Virus record (IMG/VR): IMGVR_UViG_3300043399_000509
DNA: 64,000 nucleotides
Strand: one strand, 5' to 3'
Origin: a virus
The position numbers and the translations under genes were made by a program. The notes under the pieces were generated by a model. It did no database searches. It was not told the origin of the DNA and was given only the letters and a program-made list of their open reading frames with translations. Of the stretch, positions 18,405 to 28,034 are shown one piece after another (position 1 is the first letter of the stretch; the number at the start of each line of letters is the position of its first letter).

Positions 18405-18980
18405 TCATGTCCATAATCCTGTATAATATTTACCGAACAAACGGTATCCATTCTGCTTTCTCTTATGATACTCCTTCCACTCGTTGCTGTCAAACCCTTT
18501 TTCATAAAAAGGTTCTTCTGGGTTAATATTATAACGAGTATTCATTTCATCTTGTTCAAATGCCCAGATCATTTCATCAAGGACCCAATCCCAACGCTTG
18601 AAGTGGTTGTCATCAGGGATACCCATATTAATATCCTCTTGTGAAAGGATAGGTGCTGCTACTGACCGAAGTTCCAAAGGAACATCTTCATCATCAACAA
18701 ATGGGGCACCATGCTTCTGTTCTTTAAGTTGACGTAGCATTGGCGTAATGATTATGGAAAGTGTGCTATCCATATTCCAAGTATCATATTGATCAATACG
18801 AACCTTGATCTTACGCTTTCTCTTGGATTCCACCCACTCACAAAAGTTCCTAAGACGAGTATTAGCAAGCCATTCACCAATCGTGTCACAACGATCTTCG
18901 CTCACACCTACTTTTTGTAGTAGGTCAGCAATCTGGTATGGACCCCACCAGTTTTTATAGGGGCCAATGTACACTTTCAT
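18405..18980 (-). CDS. Conserved T4-like hypothetical protein
   Basis: MKVYIGPY...DTWNMD...WDWVLDEMIWAF...LFGKYYTGLW. Confidence 0.7.
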   Translation of the reverse strand: MKVYIGPYKNWWGPYQIADLLQKVGVSEDRCDTIGEWLANTRLRNFCEWVESKRKRKIKVRIDQYDTWNMDSTLSIIITPMLRQLKEQKHGAPFVDDEDVPLELRSVAAPILSQEDINMGIPDDNHFKRWDWVLDEMIWAFEQDEMNTRYNINPEEPFYEKGFDSNEWKEYHKRKQNGYRLFGKYYTGLWT

Positions 18981-18981
18981 A

Positions 18982-19125
18982 TCACTTCGCTCCGAGGTAG
19001 AGTCCAATATTTGAGAAGGCATATCCAGCAAAGACAATAGCCATTGATGGATTGCCTTTCATCATCTGCTCAAATGCGATGTAGCCATAGATAACACCTA
19101 CAACAGCAATCAATGTGCTAGACAT
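18982..19125 (-). CDS. Small membrane protein (47 aa)
   Basis: Manual translation MSSTLIAVVGVIYGYIAFEQ...GYAFSNIGLY; AGGAG RBS; promoter upstream. Confidence 0.65.
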   Translation of the reverse strand: MSSTLIAVVGVIYGYIAFEQMMKGNPSMAIVFAGYAFSNIGLYLGAK

Positions 19126-19153
19126 AATATTTGCTCCTTCATTCTATAGAAGG

Positions 19154-19182
19154 ATTATAGCATATGATTTGCTGTTTGTCAA
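19154..19182 (-). promoter_or_regulatory. Consensus sigma70 (early) promoter
   Basis: TTGACA-N17-TATAAT with TG extension. Confidence 0.85.
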
Positions 19183-19205
19183 GTAGGGTGAGTTGTAGGT
19201 AAAAT

Positions 19206-19850
19206 CTACTTTTTGTTTCTGTGGATCAGTCCAGCAATCCTACCGGGTGTCACATTCAGGTCTTTGGCAATCTGCCTATGAGAATGACCTTGGGCTTTTC
19301 TTGCCATAATATCATCAATCATAGGCTGGCTTGCCATTTCCTGCTTTGGTTTATTTCTGGCAGCATAATCTGGATGATCTTTATATTTTGATTCAATATA
19401 TGAACGAAGTCTTTTTACAGACCTTCTTTCTTGTCCCCGGAAAATCTGAGCGTCCCCAGCACCAGCCTTTCTTTGTTTCATAATCTTATCGATTCCACCA
19501 GCTTTTTTTATTTTGGTCTCATATCCATAATCATAAGAACCATGTTCCCTCTGTGGAACCTGTAAGGGACCATGAATCAATCTTCTAACAGATTTTAGAT
19601 CAAGTGTCTTATCACCATCTGGATAATGAAATGCGGATGCAGTATCTGTGATCTTGCGATATGCGTGTTGAACAGGCTTTTGTGGAGGCTTTATTTCACC
19701 TTCAGTTTCAGCAATGTCATATGCTTTTGTTATTGGGTGCCCGAGTGCCATCGCATGGATAAGTCTTACCGTTCCTGGGTTTTCATTATTCAATCTTTCG
19801 TGAAAAGATATGTTAGTTGATTCAGTGATAAACTCCTGAAAGGTTTTCAT
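19206..19850 (-). CDS. Putative internal head protein with C-terminal HTH
   Basis: MKTFQEFITE start; SHRQIAKDLNVTPGRI helix-turn-helix. Confidence 0.65.
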   Translation of the reverse strand: MKTFQEFITESTNISFHERLNNENPGTVRLIHAMALGHPITKAYDIAETEGEIKPPQKPVQHAYRKITDTASAFHYPDGDKTLDLKSVRRLIHGPLQVPQREHGSYDYGYETKIKKAGGIDKIMKQRKAGAGDAQIFRGQERRSVKRLRSYIESKYKDHPDYAARNKPKQEMASQPMIDDIMARKAQGHSHRQIAKDLNVTPGRIAGLIHRNKK

Positions 19851-19878
19851 TGGATGTGTCCTCTATATTTTCATATAT

Positions 19879-20061
19879 TTATGAAAACAGAACATCACCC
19901 GCATCTTTAGGAAATGTAGAACCCCATTCAGCAATCATTTGAATATCTTTCTTTTCATCATATCCATCAATATGGCGGATGTAATATTTGATACCATCAA
20001 ACTCATCTTCGACCTTGACAATACCAGCACCATTGAACCATCTTACATCAAGAACTTTCAT
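19879..20061 (-). CDS. Hypothetical protein
   Basis: ORF with AGGTG RBS. Confidence 0.55.
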   Translation of the reverse strand: MKVLDVRWFNGAGIVKVEDEFDGIKYYIRHIDGYDEKKDIQMIAEWGSTFPKDAGDVLFS

Positions 20062-20085
20062 TGGTCACCTTTGTGTAAAAGAAAA

Positions 20086-20161
20086 TGGCTCCCCAACCTG
20101 GATTTGAACCAGGAACCTGATGATGCTACAGTCATCTACTCTACCGTTGAGTTATTGGGGA
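20086..20161 (-). tRNA. Atypical tRNA: Asn-like body, 8-nt anticodon loop CUGUAGCA
   Basis: Perfect acceptor, D, anticodon and T stems; U1-A72, G73, CCA. Confidence 0.8.
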
Positions 20162-20168
20162 ATAATAT

Positions 20169-20243
20169 TGGAGCGGATGGTCGGATTTGAACCGATCTTC
20201 TCTAGCTTGGAAGGCTAGGGCACAACCCTTATACCACACCCGC
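20169..20243 (-). tRNA. tRNA-Gly(TCC)
   Basis: Cloverleaf, loop CT-TCC-AA, ends UCCA. Confidence 0.93.
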
Positions 20244-20288
20244 TTTGTGTTCTCTACGATATATAGTAACACCGTAGAGAACTTTTGG

Positions 20289-20828
20289 TTATACATGCCG
20301 ATATGCAATCGGCATTCCAGTACGATGCTTCAATGAGCGAGGACGCTCACGAACTGCATTTCCATCATTACCAGACTTCACAATCCAACGACCATCAGCC
20401 GCCTTGCCTGTAATGATGCCTACGTGTCCACGCCATACTACGACAACACCAACTTGCGGACCACTGGCTGGACTACCACGCTTAGCCCAGTTACGAGCCA
20501 AGTTATATTCAGGACCGCCACCGAACTGTGTTCGCATCCACCAACCACACCAACGCCCAGGCTTTGCACCGGCATTGAAACGTGAGGCTGTGTTAACGAC
20601 GACCTTACCAACATCATTTGCCAGCATACCTGTTGCTGTAAAAATATTTGTTGGTGTATTATGCTTCTTCTTAGAAATCTTAGTCTTACCTTTTTTAGAT
20701 TTCATTGGAGCATTATCATCATAACCAGCACCCATGGCCCCGTAAAGAGTTGTTGCTGATGCTGTGTTTACCATGCTCGCCGTACAAAAAAGCATACCTA
20801 GAGCAAGGGCTGTGATAAAGTTCTTCAT
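20289..20828 (-). CDS. Secreted CHAP/NlpC-like peptidoglycan hydrolase
   Basis: Signal peptide; WCG...GHVGII...SGN. Confidence 0.7.
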   Translation of the reverse strand: MKNFITALALGMLFCTASMVNTASATTLYGAMGAGYDDNAPMKSKKGKTKISKKKHNTPTNIFTATGMLANDVGKVVVNTASRFNAGAKPGRWCGWWMRTQFGGGPEYNLARNWAKRGSPASGPQVGVVVVWRGHVGIITGKAADGRWIVKSGNDGNAVRERPRSLKHRTGMPIAYRHV

Positions 20829-20855
20829 TACTTTCTCCTTATTTTGAGGGGGGTA

Positions 20856-21419
20856 TTACGAATCAACCCCGTTGATACTGCCACCAGAAGGCTTGTTTAG
20901 GTTGGCAGGTACTTCACGCAAACACTGCCCCATAAGACCGACAGCATTGCGAGAATTCTTTAATTGGACCTCTGCATTTTCAACGGTCCCTGGCATAATC
21001 ATTACCATCTTGTCATAAACCGTGAATGCCTTAAGAAACTTCTCATGATCCAAGCCACGAATCTGAATTGTATTCTTATCTATAAGAGTGAAGGTGGCCT
21101 GCCATGACTCTACTCTATTACCGCTATACATATTCAGTGTCATTTGATGACTATTTCCATATGGGCCTTCAACGTTCCAGATATTGTTATTCATCTCAAG
21201 CAGAAGTTCACCATCTGCCAAGTCCTGAATAAGCAGAAATGTTGAACCATCATCCCACGATGCGGAAGCAATACAGGATGGATTTGTTTCACTATCACCA
21301 GAGAAACCAAACACCCGCCAATAACCAACACTCTGGTCAAAGAAGTTATCAGCAAATGTGGGTGTCACAAGAGCCAAACTCATTGCCGTAGCCATAAGCA
21401 TTTTCTTAATCATTGTCAA
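20856..21419 (-). CDS. Secreted hypothetical protein
   Basis: Sec signal peptide (TFA/D). Confidence 0.6.
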   Translation of the reverse strand: MTMIKKMLMATAMSLALVTPTFADNFFDQSVGYWRVFGFSGDSETNPSCIASASWDDGSTFLLIQDLADGELLLEMNNNIWNVEGPYGNSHQMTLNMYSGNRVESWQATFTLIDKNTIQIRGLDHEKFLKAFTVYDKMVMIMPGTVENAEVQLKNSRNAVGLMGQCLREVPANLNKPSGGSINGVDS

Positions 21420-21428
21420 TATATCCTT

Positions 21429-21623
21429 TTAATCAGTATCTCTAACTGGAATAACATCACATTCAATTGTTAGCCACATCTTTAGAAATGGATGTGGATA
21501 AGATTGAACAAACTTTTCTGCTTCCTCTTTTGTGTATGTGACTTTTAGGATCACATGTCTATTTGGCCATGCATAGTATGATGGTAAGCAAACCTTATAT
21601 ATCTTAATGTTGGAGTCGCTCAT
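21429..21623 (-). CDS. Hypothetical protein
   Basis: ORF in operon. Confidence 0.45.
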   Translation of the reverse strand: MSDSNIKIYKVCLPSYYAWPNRHVILKVTYTKEEAEKFVQSYPHPFLKMWLTIECDVIPVRDTD

Positions 21624-21638
21624 TGTTTTACACCAGTA

Positions 21639-21896
21639 TCAGTTCATCATACTCGGTCTTTCGAGGTCTTTAAGCTGTTTTGTTTCATCAATCATAATAG
21701 AAACCACTTTACTTAGAGAATCGTTAGTAAGGGCATCAATATCCTTGATGATCAGCATTATACTAGAGGCAATCAATGCTATTCGTTCTTTATCACTCAC
21801 ACCAACGCCTTCAAACTTATCGGCAAATATTTCAATAATATCATTAGCAACATCATTGACTCGCACTGCCTTTTCTTCAATGTCCATAATATTCAT
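21639..21896 (-). CDS. Hypothetical protein
   Basis: ORF downstream of a promoter (TTGACA-N17-TATTAT, 21922-21950). Confidence 0.5.
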   Translation of the reverse strand: MNIMDIEEKAVRVNDVANDIIEIFADKFEGVGVSDKERIALIASSIMLIIKDIDALTNDSLSKVVSIMIDETKQLKDLERPSMMN

Positions 21897-21950
21897 CCTC
21901 ACAGGTTTTCATCATGAAAGTATAATAGCACAACACCAGGAGCGTGTCAA

Positions 21951-22289
21951 CTACATTTTTGAGATTGTAACGTTTGCCAATCCACCCATACCAATAGCCT
22001 TTGCAGCGGCACGAGACAAATCAATAATACGACCCTTAACAAAGGGGCCACGGTCATTAATTGTAACCACAACCGACTTGCCATTGCTCTTGTTTGTCAC
22101 ACGAACTTTTGATCCGCAAGGCAATGTCTTATGTGCTGCTGTCATTGCATTTGGATTGAATCGACCACCACAAGCAACTGCCTGGGGCTGCCAATAGAAG
22201 GATGCAATACCCGACTGAGCACTTGCATCAGGAATAAAAGAACACGAGACAGCGAGCATTGCCGCTGTGGCAATAAACATATTTTTCAT
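21951..22289 (-). CDS. rlpA: RlpA-family lytic transglycosylase (DPBB domain)
   Basis: [26 protein letters not shown]. Confidence 0.9.
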   Translation of the reverse strand: MKNMFIATAAMLAVSCSFIPDASAQSGIASFYWQPQAVACGGRFNPNAMTAAHKTLPCGSKVRVTNKSNGKSVVVTINDRGPFVKGRIIDLSRAAAKAIGMGGLANVTISKM

Positions 22290-22302
22290 GAATGAATCTT
22301 TC

Positions 22303-22476
22303 TTAATCTACCAGAAGCTTCTTTTCAGACTTTTGGATAGTGATGTTGCTATTGACGTTTTCCAGTTTCATCTGGTTGTAGACATCAAGGGCTTCATCAT
22401 ATGAGTTGAACTTGATGCTTTTTGTAGATCCATTATCAACCATCTCAACTACCCATTCAACGATTGTGCTTGCCAT
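22303..22476 (-). CDS. Hypothetical protein (57 aa)
   Basis: Manual translation [16 protein letters not shown]...; AGGAGA RBS. Confidence 0.55.
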   Translation of the reverse strand: MASTIVEWVVEMVDNGSTKSIKFNSYDEALDVYNQMKLENVNSNITIQKSEKKLLVD

Positions 22477-22493
22477 ATTGTTTCTCCTATCGT

Positions 22494-22781
22494 TTAGTCA
22501 CATACAAGTTCTTGACGAATATGACGAGTGCCATAACGGTCTGTGAAATAGACATTATCATAATAACAGTATTCACGACGATGACGGCGTGAAGATTCAG
22601 CAGCAATACCTAGTCCAATGATGGCAGCGGCAGCACCAATACCGATTGCAATCTCTGCACCCCGGCCATGTCCACGATGGTGATGATGGTGATGATGATC
22701 ATGATATCCACGACCATGAGCAAAGGCTGCTGTTGGTAGAATGGTGGCAGCAATCAATGCAGCAACTAAAACTTTCTTCAT
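22494..22781 (-). CDS. Secreted His/Gly-rich protein of alphaproteobacterial type
   Basis: Signal peptide, poly-His, Gly-zipper-like IGIGAAAAIIGLG; own promoter TTGACA-N17-TACTAT (22819-22847). Confidence 0.65.
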   Translation of the reverse strand: MKKVLVAALIAATILPTAAFAHGRGYHDHHHHHHHRGHGRGAEIAIGIGAAAAIIGLGIAAESSRRHRREYCYYDNVYFTDRYGTRHIRQELVCD

Positions 22782-22852
22782 ATTACATAATCCCTTTTTG
22801 CATGTTATGTCTTACTATATAGTATCCCAAAGTCGGTTTGGTGTCAAGCCCA

Positions 22853-23314
22853 TTAAAGTTTTTCCACATCCTGTTCATTGGTGGTGTAATATACATCAGG
22901 AATATTGTATGTTACAATACATCTCAAACAACCACAACAAGGTTTAGCCAACCCAAACTCCACAACCTTTCGTGAGCAATCCTGAAACTTGATTCGACAA
23001 ATATAAAGACTGGCCTTCTCAAGTTCATTTTGAGATATATACCGGAGTGCATTCTTGATTGCAGAAGTCTCGGCATGTAGAAAAACAGCATCAGAGTTTT
23101 TACCGTAGCGTGCCTGAAAGGGATGAGACTTCTTCTCGTTGATACCAAATGAAATAATGTCATTACGATAAACGACACATGCCGCCAGACGGGCATTGCC
23201 GCTGACAGGATTTACAATATCAGCGGCAACTTTAGCAAGGATGTTCATGTATCGTGAAGTTTTAGTTCCGCCAACTACCGTAGTAGTTGGCATGGTCGGT
23301 GCAACATCAATCAT
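22853..23314 (-). CDS. Cytidine/dCMP deaminase-family protein
   Basis: HAE and KPCxxC zinc motifs; start codon uncertain. Confidence 0.8.
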   Translation of the reverse strand: MIDVAPTMPTTTVVGGTKTSRYMNILAKVAADIVNPVSGNARLAACVVYRNDIISFGINEKKSHPFQARYGKNSDAVFLHAETSAIKNALRYISQNELEKASLYICRIKFQDCSRKVVEFGLAKPCCGCLRCIVTYNIPDVYYTTNEQDVEKL

Positions 23315-23777
23315 TGAGTAGTTCTTTCTCTCTCTTTCGCATGTGAATGACATAGGCATCATGCAGATACTTTTCTGACAAATGAGCCTCAATCTCCCAT
23401 GGCATCTTCTTATATTGCTTTTCTGTCATGTGCATTTGTTTACCCATCCACTTATAGTTGCCCTGGTCATACACCTTGAACTCACCACGAGCGAATTGCT
23501 TGATGTGGACCATTTCATGGGCTATGGTCTTGATTGTTTTCTTTTTAGAAAGATTTGATGACAGAAAGATTTCAAACTCACGAGGGAGTTTGCGTTCATA
23601 GTCTGTGGGTAGACATAGACCCCATATAGTACTAGGTAGTGATCCACTCACAATAACATCAAGTTCGACATTTTTAGATAGTCGTTTACCTAAAAGAATC
23701 TCAGCAAAGAAGTTTAGAATATACTTCATTTCCTTCTTTGTCAAAGATTCTGCGTTACCTCTTATTGATATTTTCAT
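23307..23777 (-). CDS. Zinc metallopeptidase-like protein
   Basis: AHEMVH, PWEIEA; promoter TTGACA-N17-TATATT at 23815-23843. Confidence 0.75.
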   Translation of the reverse strand: MKISIRGNAESLTKKEMKYILNFFAEILLGKRLSKNVELDVIVSGSLPSTIWGLCLPTDYERKLPREFEIFLSSNLSKKKTIKTIAHEMVHIKQFARGEFKVYDQGNYKWMGKQMHMTEKQYKKMPWEIEAHLSEKYLHDAYVIHMRKREKELLND

Positions 23778-23872
23778 GCAGATATAATCCTGGTATATCT
23801 TCTATTGATCGTATAATATAACATAAAACCTGAATGTTGTCAAGCAAAAAATATGTCAACAAAATCAATGGG

Positions 23873-24112
23873 TTAGGCAAACTCCCCAGTAAAGGCGGTA
23901 TCTACATCATCAATATTCACCTGTTTGAGCATAAAGTTTGGAGTGAAACCATCGAAGGCACCACCCGAATTTAGGAAGGATATACAACTCTCGGCATCAT
24001 CAAGGAAGTAGAAGAAATCATAGACCTGTTGAGTTTGCTCCTCAAATACACAAAAGAATGTATTTTGATCATCATCTGTTAAAGTGTGGAGAGTGTAGTT
24101 TTCGATTGTCAT
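23873..24112 (-). CDS. Hypothetical protein
   Basis: GGAFDGFTPNF motif. Confidence 0.55.
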   Translation of the reverse strand: MTIENYTLHTLTDDDQNTFFCVFEEQTQQVYDFFYFLDDAESCISFLNSGGAFDGFTPNFMLKQVNIDDVDTAFTGEFA

Positions 24113-24129
24113 TGTGTGACCTTTCTTTT

Positions 24130-25530
24130 CTACTGAACTTTCAACTTCTTAAACTTGTTGTTTGTTACATTCAATGTTCTTGTATTACTTGAGTTTAGAG
24201 GCATTTGACCACTATCTGCAATGTTCTTTTGAGCAGAAGCGTCACAATCATACAGCTTCATCTTGCTTCTGTCAATACCTATCACAAACCGCTTGTTTAT
24301 GGTTGGATCATTATACCTGTTCTTCAACTGTTTGATTAGTACCTGATTAAGTTGCTGAAGCTCCTCAGAAGAAATGATGGCAAACATAAAGTCCGCTGTT
24401 GCAGGTAGACCGAAACTTTCTGATGTATCTTCAAGTCCAACATCAGAAGATACAAAGCCTGTTCGATTGACCTGTGTTGCAGAAAAGATTGGCACATCAT
24501 GTTCTACACCAAGACCTCTAAGTTCTTCGGCAATAGACTTGACATAGGTATAACTGTTGACGTTACCTCCTGGCTTTATTCTTGAAGATGCACAAATGTT
24601 TAGATAGTCAATAAAGATGATATCTGGCACAAATGACTTCTTGAGTTTTAGTTCATTCAACAATGCCTTGAAGTGGATTGTTGAGGCACCAGCGGTTGGA
24701 TACTCCTTTACAATGAGTTTTCCGTTTGACTTCGATTTTACTTTCTCGATTCTCTTGATGTATTCATTCTTGTTTAGAGCCATCAAATCATCAAATGAAA
24801 TGTTCAGTAGATTGGCATCTATTCGCTTTGCAACTTCTTCTTCGGCAAGCTCAAGAGTAATATACAGAACATTCTTACCTTGATTTAGATGTGATGCTGC
24901 CACATGACACATAAACAAAGATTTACCAACACCTGTGCCAGCCATAGCAATATTCAAGGTCTTCTTAGGTAAGCCACCACGAGTAATCTCATTGAAGTAT
25001 TCCAGATCGAATGGAAGCCTTTCCTGAACTCTATGGTAATAATCAAACCGCTTTTCATAGTCCTCAGTATAGCTATGACCTACATTTGGATCAAAGCTAA
25101 CTGCAAGGGCATCAGAAAGAAGTTGTGGTATGGCTCCCTTGGTCATGGATAAGTTCTTGGACTTATCATCCATAATCTCAATGGATGTCATGATGGCATT
25201 GTAGATTGCTCGCTCTTGACAAAACTTCTCAGTCTTGTTGATCAACCATTCATCATTTGGTGGTGGTTCATTGCCAGATGACTCAAACTCTGCCAGAATA
25301 GATTTCATACCCTTATGGATATCATCCCTGAAGGTTGATGTATCAATCTCAACCTTCAGGGAATCAATCGTTGGCGGAATATTATACTTGACAATAAAGT
25401 CCTTTATAACACCAAACAGATTCTTCTCTGCCTCAACAGAGAAGTACTCTGATTTTATAAATGGTAGAACCTTACGAGCATATTCATCATTCTTGAGTAA
25501 TGACTTTAGTATAATGTTCTCAACATTCAT
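24130..25530 (-). CDS. 41: Replicative helicase (T4 gp41-like)
   Basis: AGTGVGKS Walker A, IDYLNI, SATQVNR, SESFGLPATAD. Confidence 0.96.
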   Translation of the reverse strand: MNVENIILKSLLKNDEYARKVLPFIKSEYFSVEAEKNLFGVIKDFIVKYNIPPTIDSLKVEIDTSTFRDDIHKGMKSILAEFESSGNEPPPNDEWLINKTEKFCQERAIYNAIMTSIEIMDDKSKNLSMTKGAIPQLLSDALAVSFDPNVGHSYTEDYEKRFDYYHRVQERLPFDLEYFNEITRGGLPKKTLNIAMAGTGVGKSLFMCHVAASHLNQGKNVLYITLELAEEEVAKRIDANLLNISFDDLMALNKNEYIKRIEKVKSKSNGKLIVKEYPTAGASTIHFKALLNELKLKKSFVPDIIFIDYLNICASSRIKPGGNVNSYTYVKSIAEELRGLGVEHDVPIFSATQVNRTGFVSSDVGLEDTSESFGLPATADFMFAIISSEELQQLNQVLIKQLKNRYNDPTINKRFVIGIDRSKMKLYDCDASAQKNIADSGQMPLNSSNTRTLNVTNNKFKKLKVQ

Positions 25531-25535
25531 AATGT

Positions 25536-25847
25536 TTATTTACCGCCTGTTTCTTCCACAATTTCTTCTTTATCATCAACATCCACAGTATCCAAAATAA
25601 GCTGATTTAGTATCAACCCGATATGAGTAGTAAACTTTGGATCAGCCCTCAAAGATGCTTCTGTATGTTCTGCTGTTTCATGCAAGTAATAGTCAAACTG
25701 CATAACAGCAGAATCATCTTTCGTTTCTTTGATGGATACCTGAGTATATCTGTATACTACACCATTATACGGACCAGTCAATAGGTGAATAGGAACTGTA
25801 TCTGCCTTGATATCGTCACGAAACTTATAATCAATATTGATAATCAT
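25536..25847 (-). CDS. Conserved protein at the gene 40 position
   Basis: Synteny between uvsX and 41. Confidence 0.55.
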   Translation of the reverse strand: MIINIDYKFRDDIKADTVPIHLLTGPYNGVVYRYTQVSIKETKDDSAVMQFDYYLHETAEHTEASLRADPKFTTHIGLILNQLILDTVDVDDKEEIVEETGGK

Positions 25848-25852
25848 AGGAT

Positions 25853-26350
25853 TTATTCAGCCTCCGTGGTATTTGAAACATTTGACTTTCCATAAAGGAA
25901 CTCGTTCTTACACATTTCATCAATCTGTTTTAGAACATCCTCTGTGAAAAACTTTTCTGGTGTCTTGTGAATTTGAGATTCAAAAGCCTTGGTTCCATCA
26001 GGAAACTCGTATCTTGTGGATACCTTCTTTGCAATCCCAAACTTTACAGCAAGATCAAGCAACCCATAGTATGGATCAAGACCAGATGCATAGTCAAGTA
26101 GAGTTTCAACTTCCTTGTTCTCAATAGTCAATCGTGCCTTCTTCAAAACAGTTTTGATGATTGCACCAGTGACTTCATTGTCCTTGTCCTTGTTTTTCTT
26201 CTTGGAAAGAAATACAATCGAGGATGCTGCATAATCGAGGCCTGAGTTATGTGTGATAGTTCCATTTTCTAAAATGTAGTGATGAGCAGTATTTACCGTA
26301 AAATCATAAACCGGCTCAGTTTGAACTTTTTTGATTGATAATATTTTCAT
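25853..26350 (-). CDS. uvsX: UvsX C-terminal half fused to a C-intein (35 aa)
   Basis: MKILSIKK...VYDFTV..HHYI..THN then SGLDYAASSIVFL (RecA C-terminal part). Confidence 0.92.
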   Translation of the reverse strand: MKILSIKKVQTEPVYDFTVNTAHHYILENGTITHNSGLDYAASSIVFLSKKKNKDKDNEVTGAIIKTVLKKARLTIENKEVETLLDYASGLDPYYGLLDLAVKFGIAKKVSTRYEFPDGTKAFESQIHKTPEKFFTEDVLKQIDEMCKNEFLYGKSNVSNTTEAE

Positions 26351-27024
26351 CAAGAATCTCCTTTATGTTGTATTTGCTCCATAAATGTCTCTTTATAGAG
26401 CATAGATGAACTCCCATTGATTTACTGACACCCAATAATGATCCTATATCAGTTTTCTTTTTACATTGTTTTTTGGTGCCATCAATAAAAATAATAGTTA
26501 CAGGCTCGCTTTGGTTTTTAGATATGATATCTTTCGTAGTTTTAGAATGCGTTTTTCCATAGAAATGATTATCTTTTCCGCATTTTTTTGGTCTATTTTT
26601 TAGTTTCTGTATTGTCTCATTAGAGTGTTTTTTTCCATAAAATGGATTGTTCTCTCCACTAAATCTACTATCACCATAAAATGGATTGTTCTCTCCACTG
26701 TATAACTCTCTTAGTCCTACTCGCAAGGTTTCATATAGTTTACCATTACCAACTCTTACATAACCGCTTTTATTATTAGAGACTTTCATTTTTATAAAAG
26801 CAAAAGCCATTGATATTTTATCTCTTTTATCTTCTACCATTTTTGTCAATAATGCGTGTGATATAAAATGTTCTCTTGGTGTCAAATATGCAATATTGCC
26901 TTCGCTATTTGATCCACCAAGAGATTTTGGTATTATATGATGGGCTTCACAGATCAAAGGTTTTTCACGCTGCTTCGATCTGTCCATAAGAGAGAAGTAG
27001 ATTTTTGTATATTTGTTTTTCATA
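26316..27024 (-). CDS. HNH homing endonuclease with NUMOD3 repeats
   Basis: [12 protein letters not shown]...[10 protein letters not shown]; [12 protein letters not shown] repeats. Confidence 0.9.
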
Positions 27025-27978
27025 AACATCGAGGTCTCCTTGCATATCTGCAACCTCAATATTTAGTGTTTCTGTATTTTTGACCGAATCCAGCATAGCA
27101 TATACAGATTTCCATTCACCGTCTACCAAAAACTTATGATCACCAGAACATTTTACTTTTGATCCATCATCAAAAGTAAGTTCGAATACTTCTTTATCAT
27201 CAAAGGAAAAAGTTTCAGTGATCATCTTATCACCATATAGGGTAGATACAAAGTCTCCAACTTTTAGGTTTTGTATTTCTATTAGCCCGTCAGGAGTTTG
27301 TATTTTTGTTCCTTTGACCAAACAACCACCACCCATCTTCTTGGTTGGAACATAGGCACCTACCACATCATAGATGTGATTCGTGACAACCAGAGGCACC
27401 TTTGCCTTACCCAACTTTAATGTGAGAACACGGAAGGCTGCACGAATAAGCTGTGCCCGTGTCATATCACGCTTGTCTTCACCTTTTGTCATATCATCAA
27501 TCTCTTTGTCGGTTGATAGATTACCCAAAGAGTCAAGTACAAATAACATTGGTGGGGCATCCTTGGTTTTCATGTAAGTATCAAGGATTTTGATTGCCTG
27601 AGTTCTAAACTCTTGAACTGTGGCGACAGGAACAATAGCAATACGCTTTGTGTCCACACCACGATCTTCAAGCATCTTCTTTGAGATTGCAGACTCTGAT
27701 TCAAAATAGAAGACAAAGGACTTATCATTATCCTTTTGAAACTGCCTGACAATATTGATTGCAAAGAAGGTTTTACCAGTCGAAGGCTCACCAGCAAAAG
27801 CAGTCACTTTATTATTGGGCAGACCGTCATAGATTGAACCGGAAAGAAGGGCATTTAGGCTGTATGAGCCAGTGCCGATATATCCGGTAACATCACCAGC
27901 ATCAATGCCTTCATCAGCAATACCGGCGTACTCGTTGTCAATCTCTTTGAGAAGAGATGAAAAAATATCATCTGTCAT
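26965..27978 (-). CDS. uvsX: UvsX N-terminal half fused to an N-intein (119 aa)
   Basis: [20 protein letters not shown] then CLVKGTKI...LKVGD...CSGDHKF (intein blocks A and B). Confidence 0.93.
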   Translation of the reverse strand: MTDDIFSSLLKEIDNEYAGIADEGIDAGDVTGYIGTGSYSLNALLSGSIYDGLPNNKVTAFAGEPSTGKTFFAINIVRQFQKDNDKSFVFYFESESAISKKMLEDRGVDTKRIAIVPVATVQEFRTQAIKILDTYMKTKDAPPMLFVLDSLGNLSTDKEIDDMTKGEDKRDMTRAQLIRAAFRVLTLKLGKAKVPLVVTNHIYDVVGAYVPTKKMGGGCLVKGTKIQTPDGLIEIQNLKVGDFVSTLYGDKMITETFSFDDKEVFELTFDDGSKVKCSGDHKFLVDGEWKSVYAMLDSVKNTETLNIEVADMQGDLDVYEKQIYKNLLLSYGQIEAA

Positions 27979-28034
27979 AAGGTTCTCCTTATTGTATGTG
28001 TTAAATGAATAGCAATCTCGCCATTCAGGTCTAT

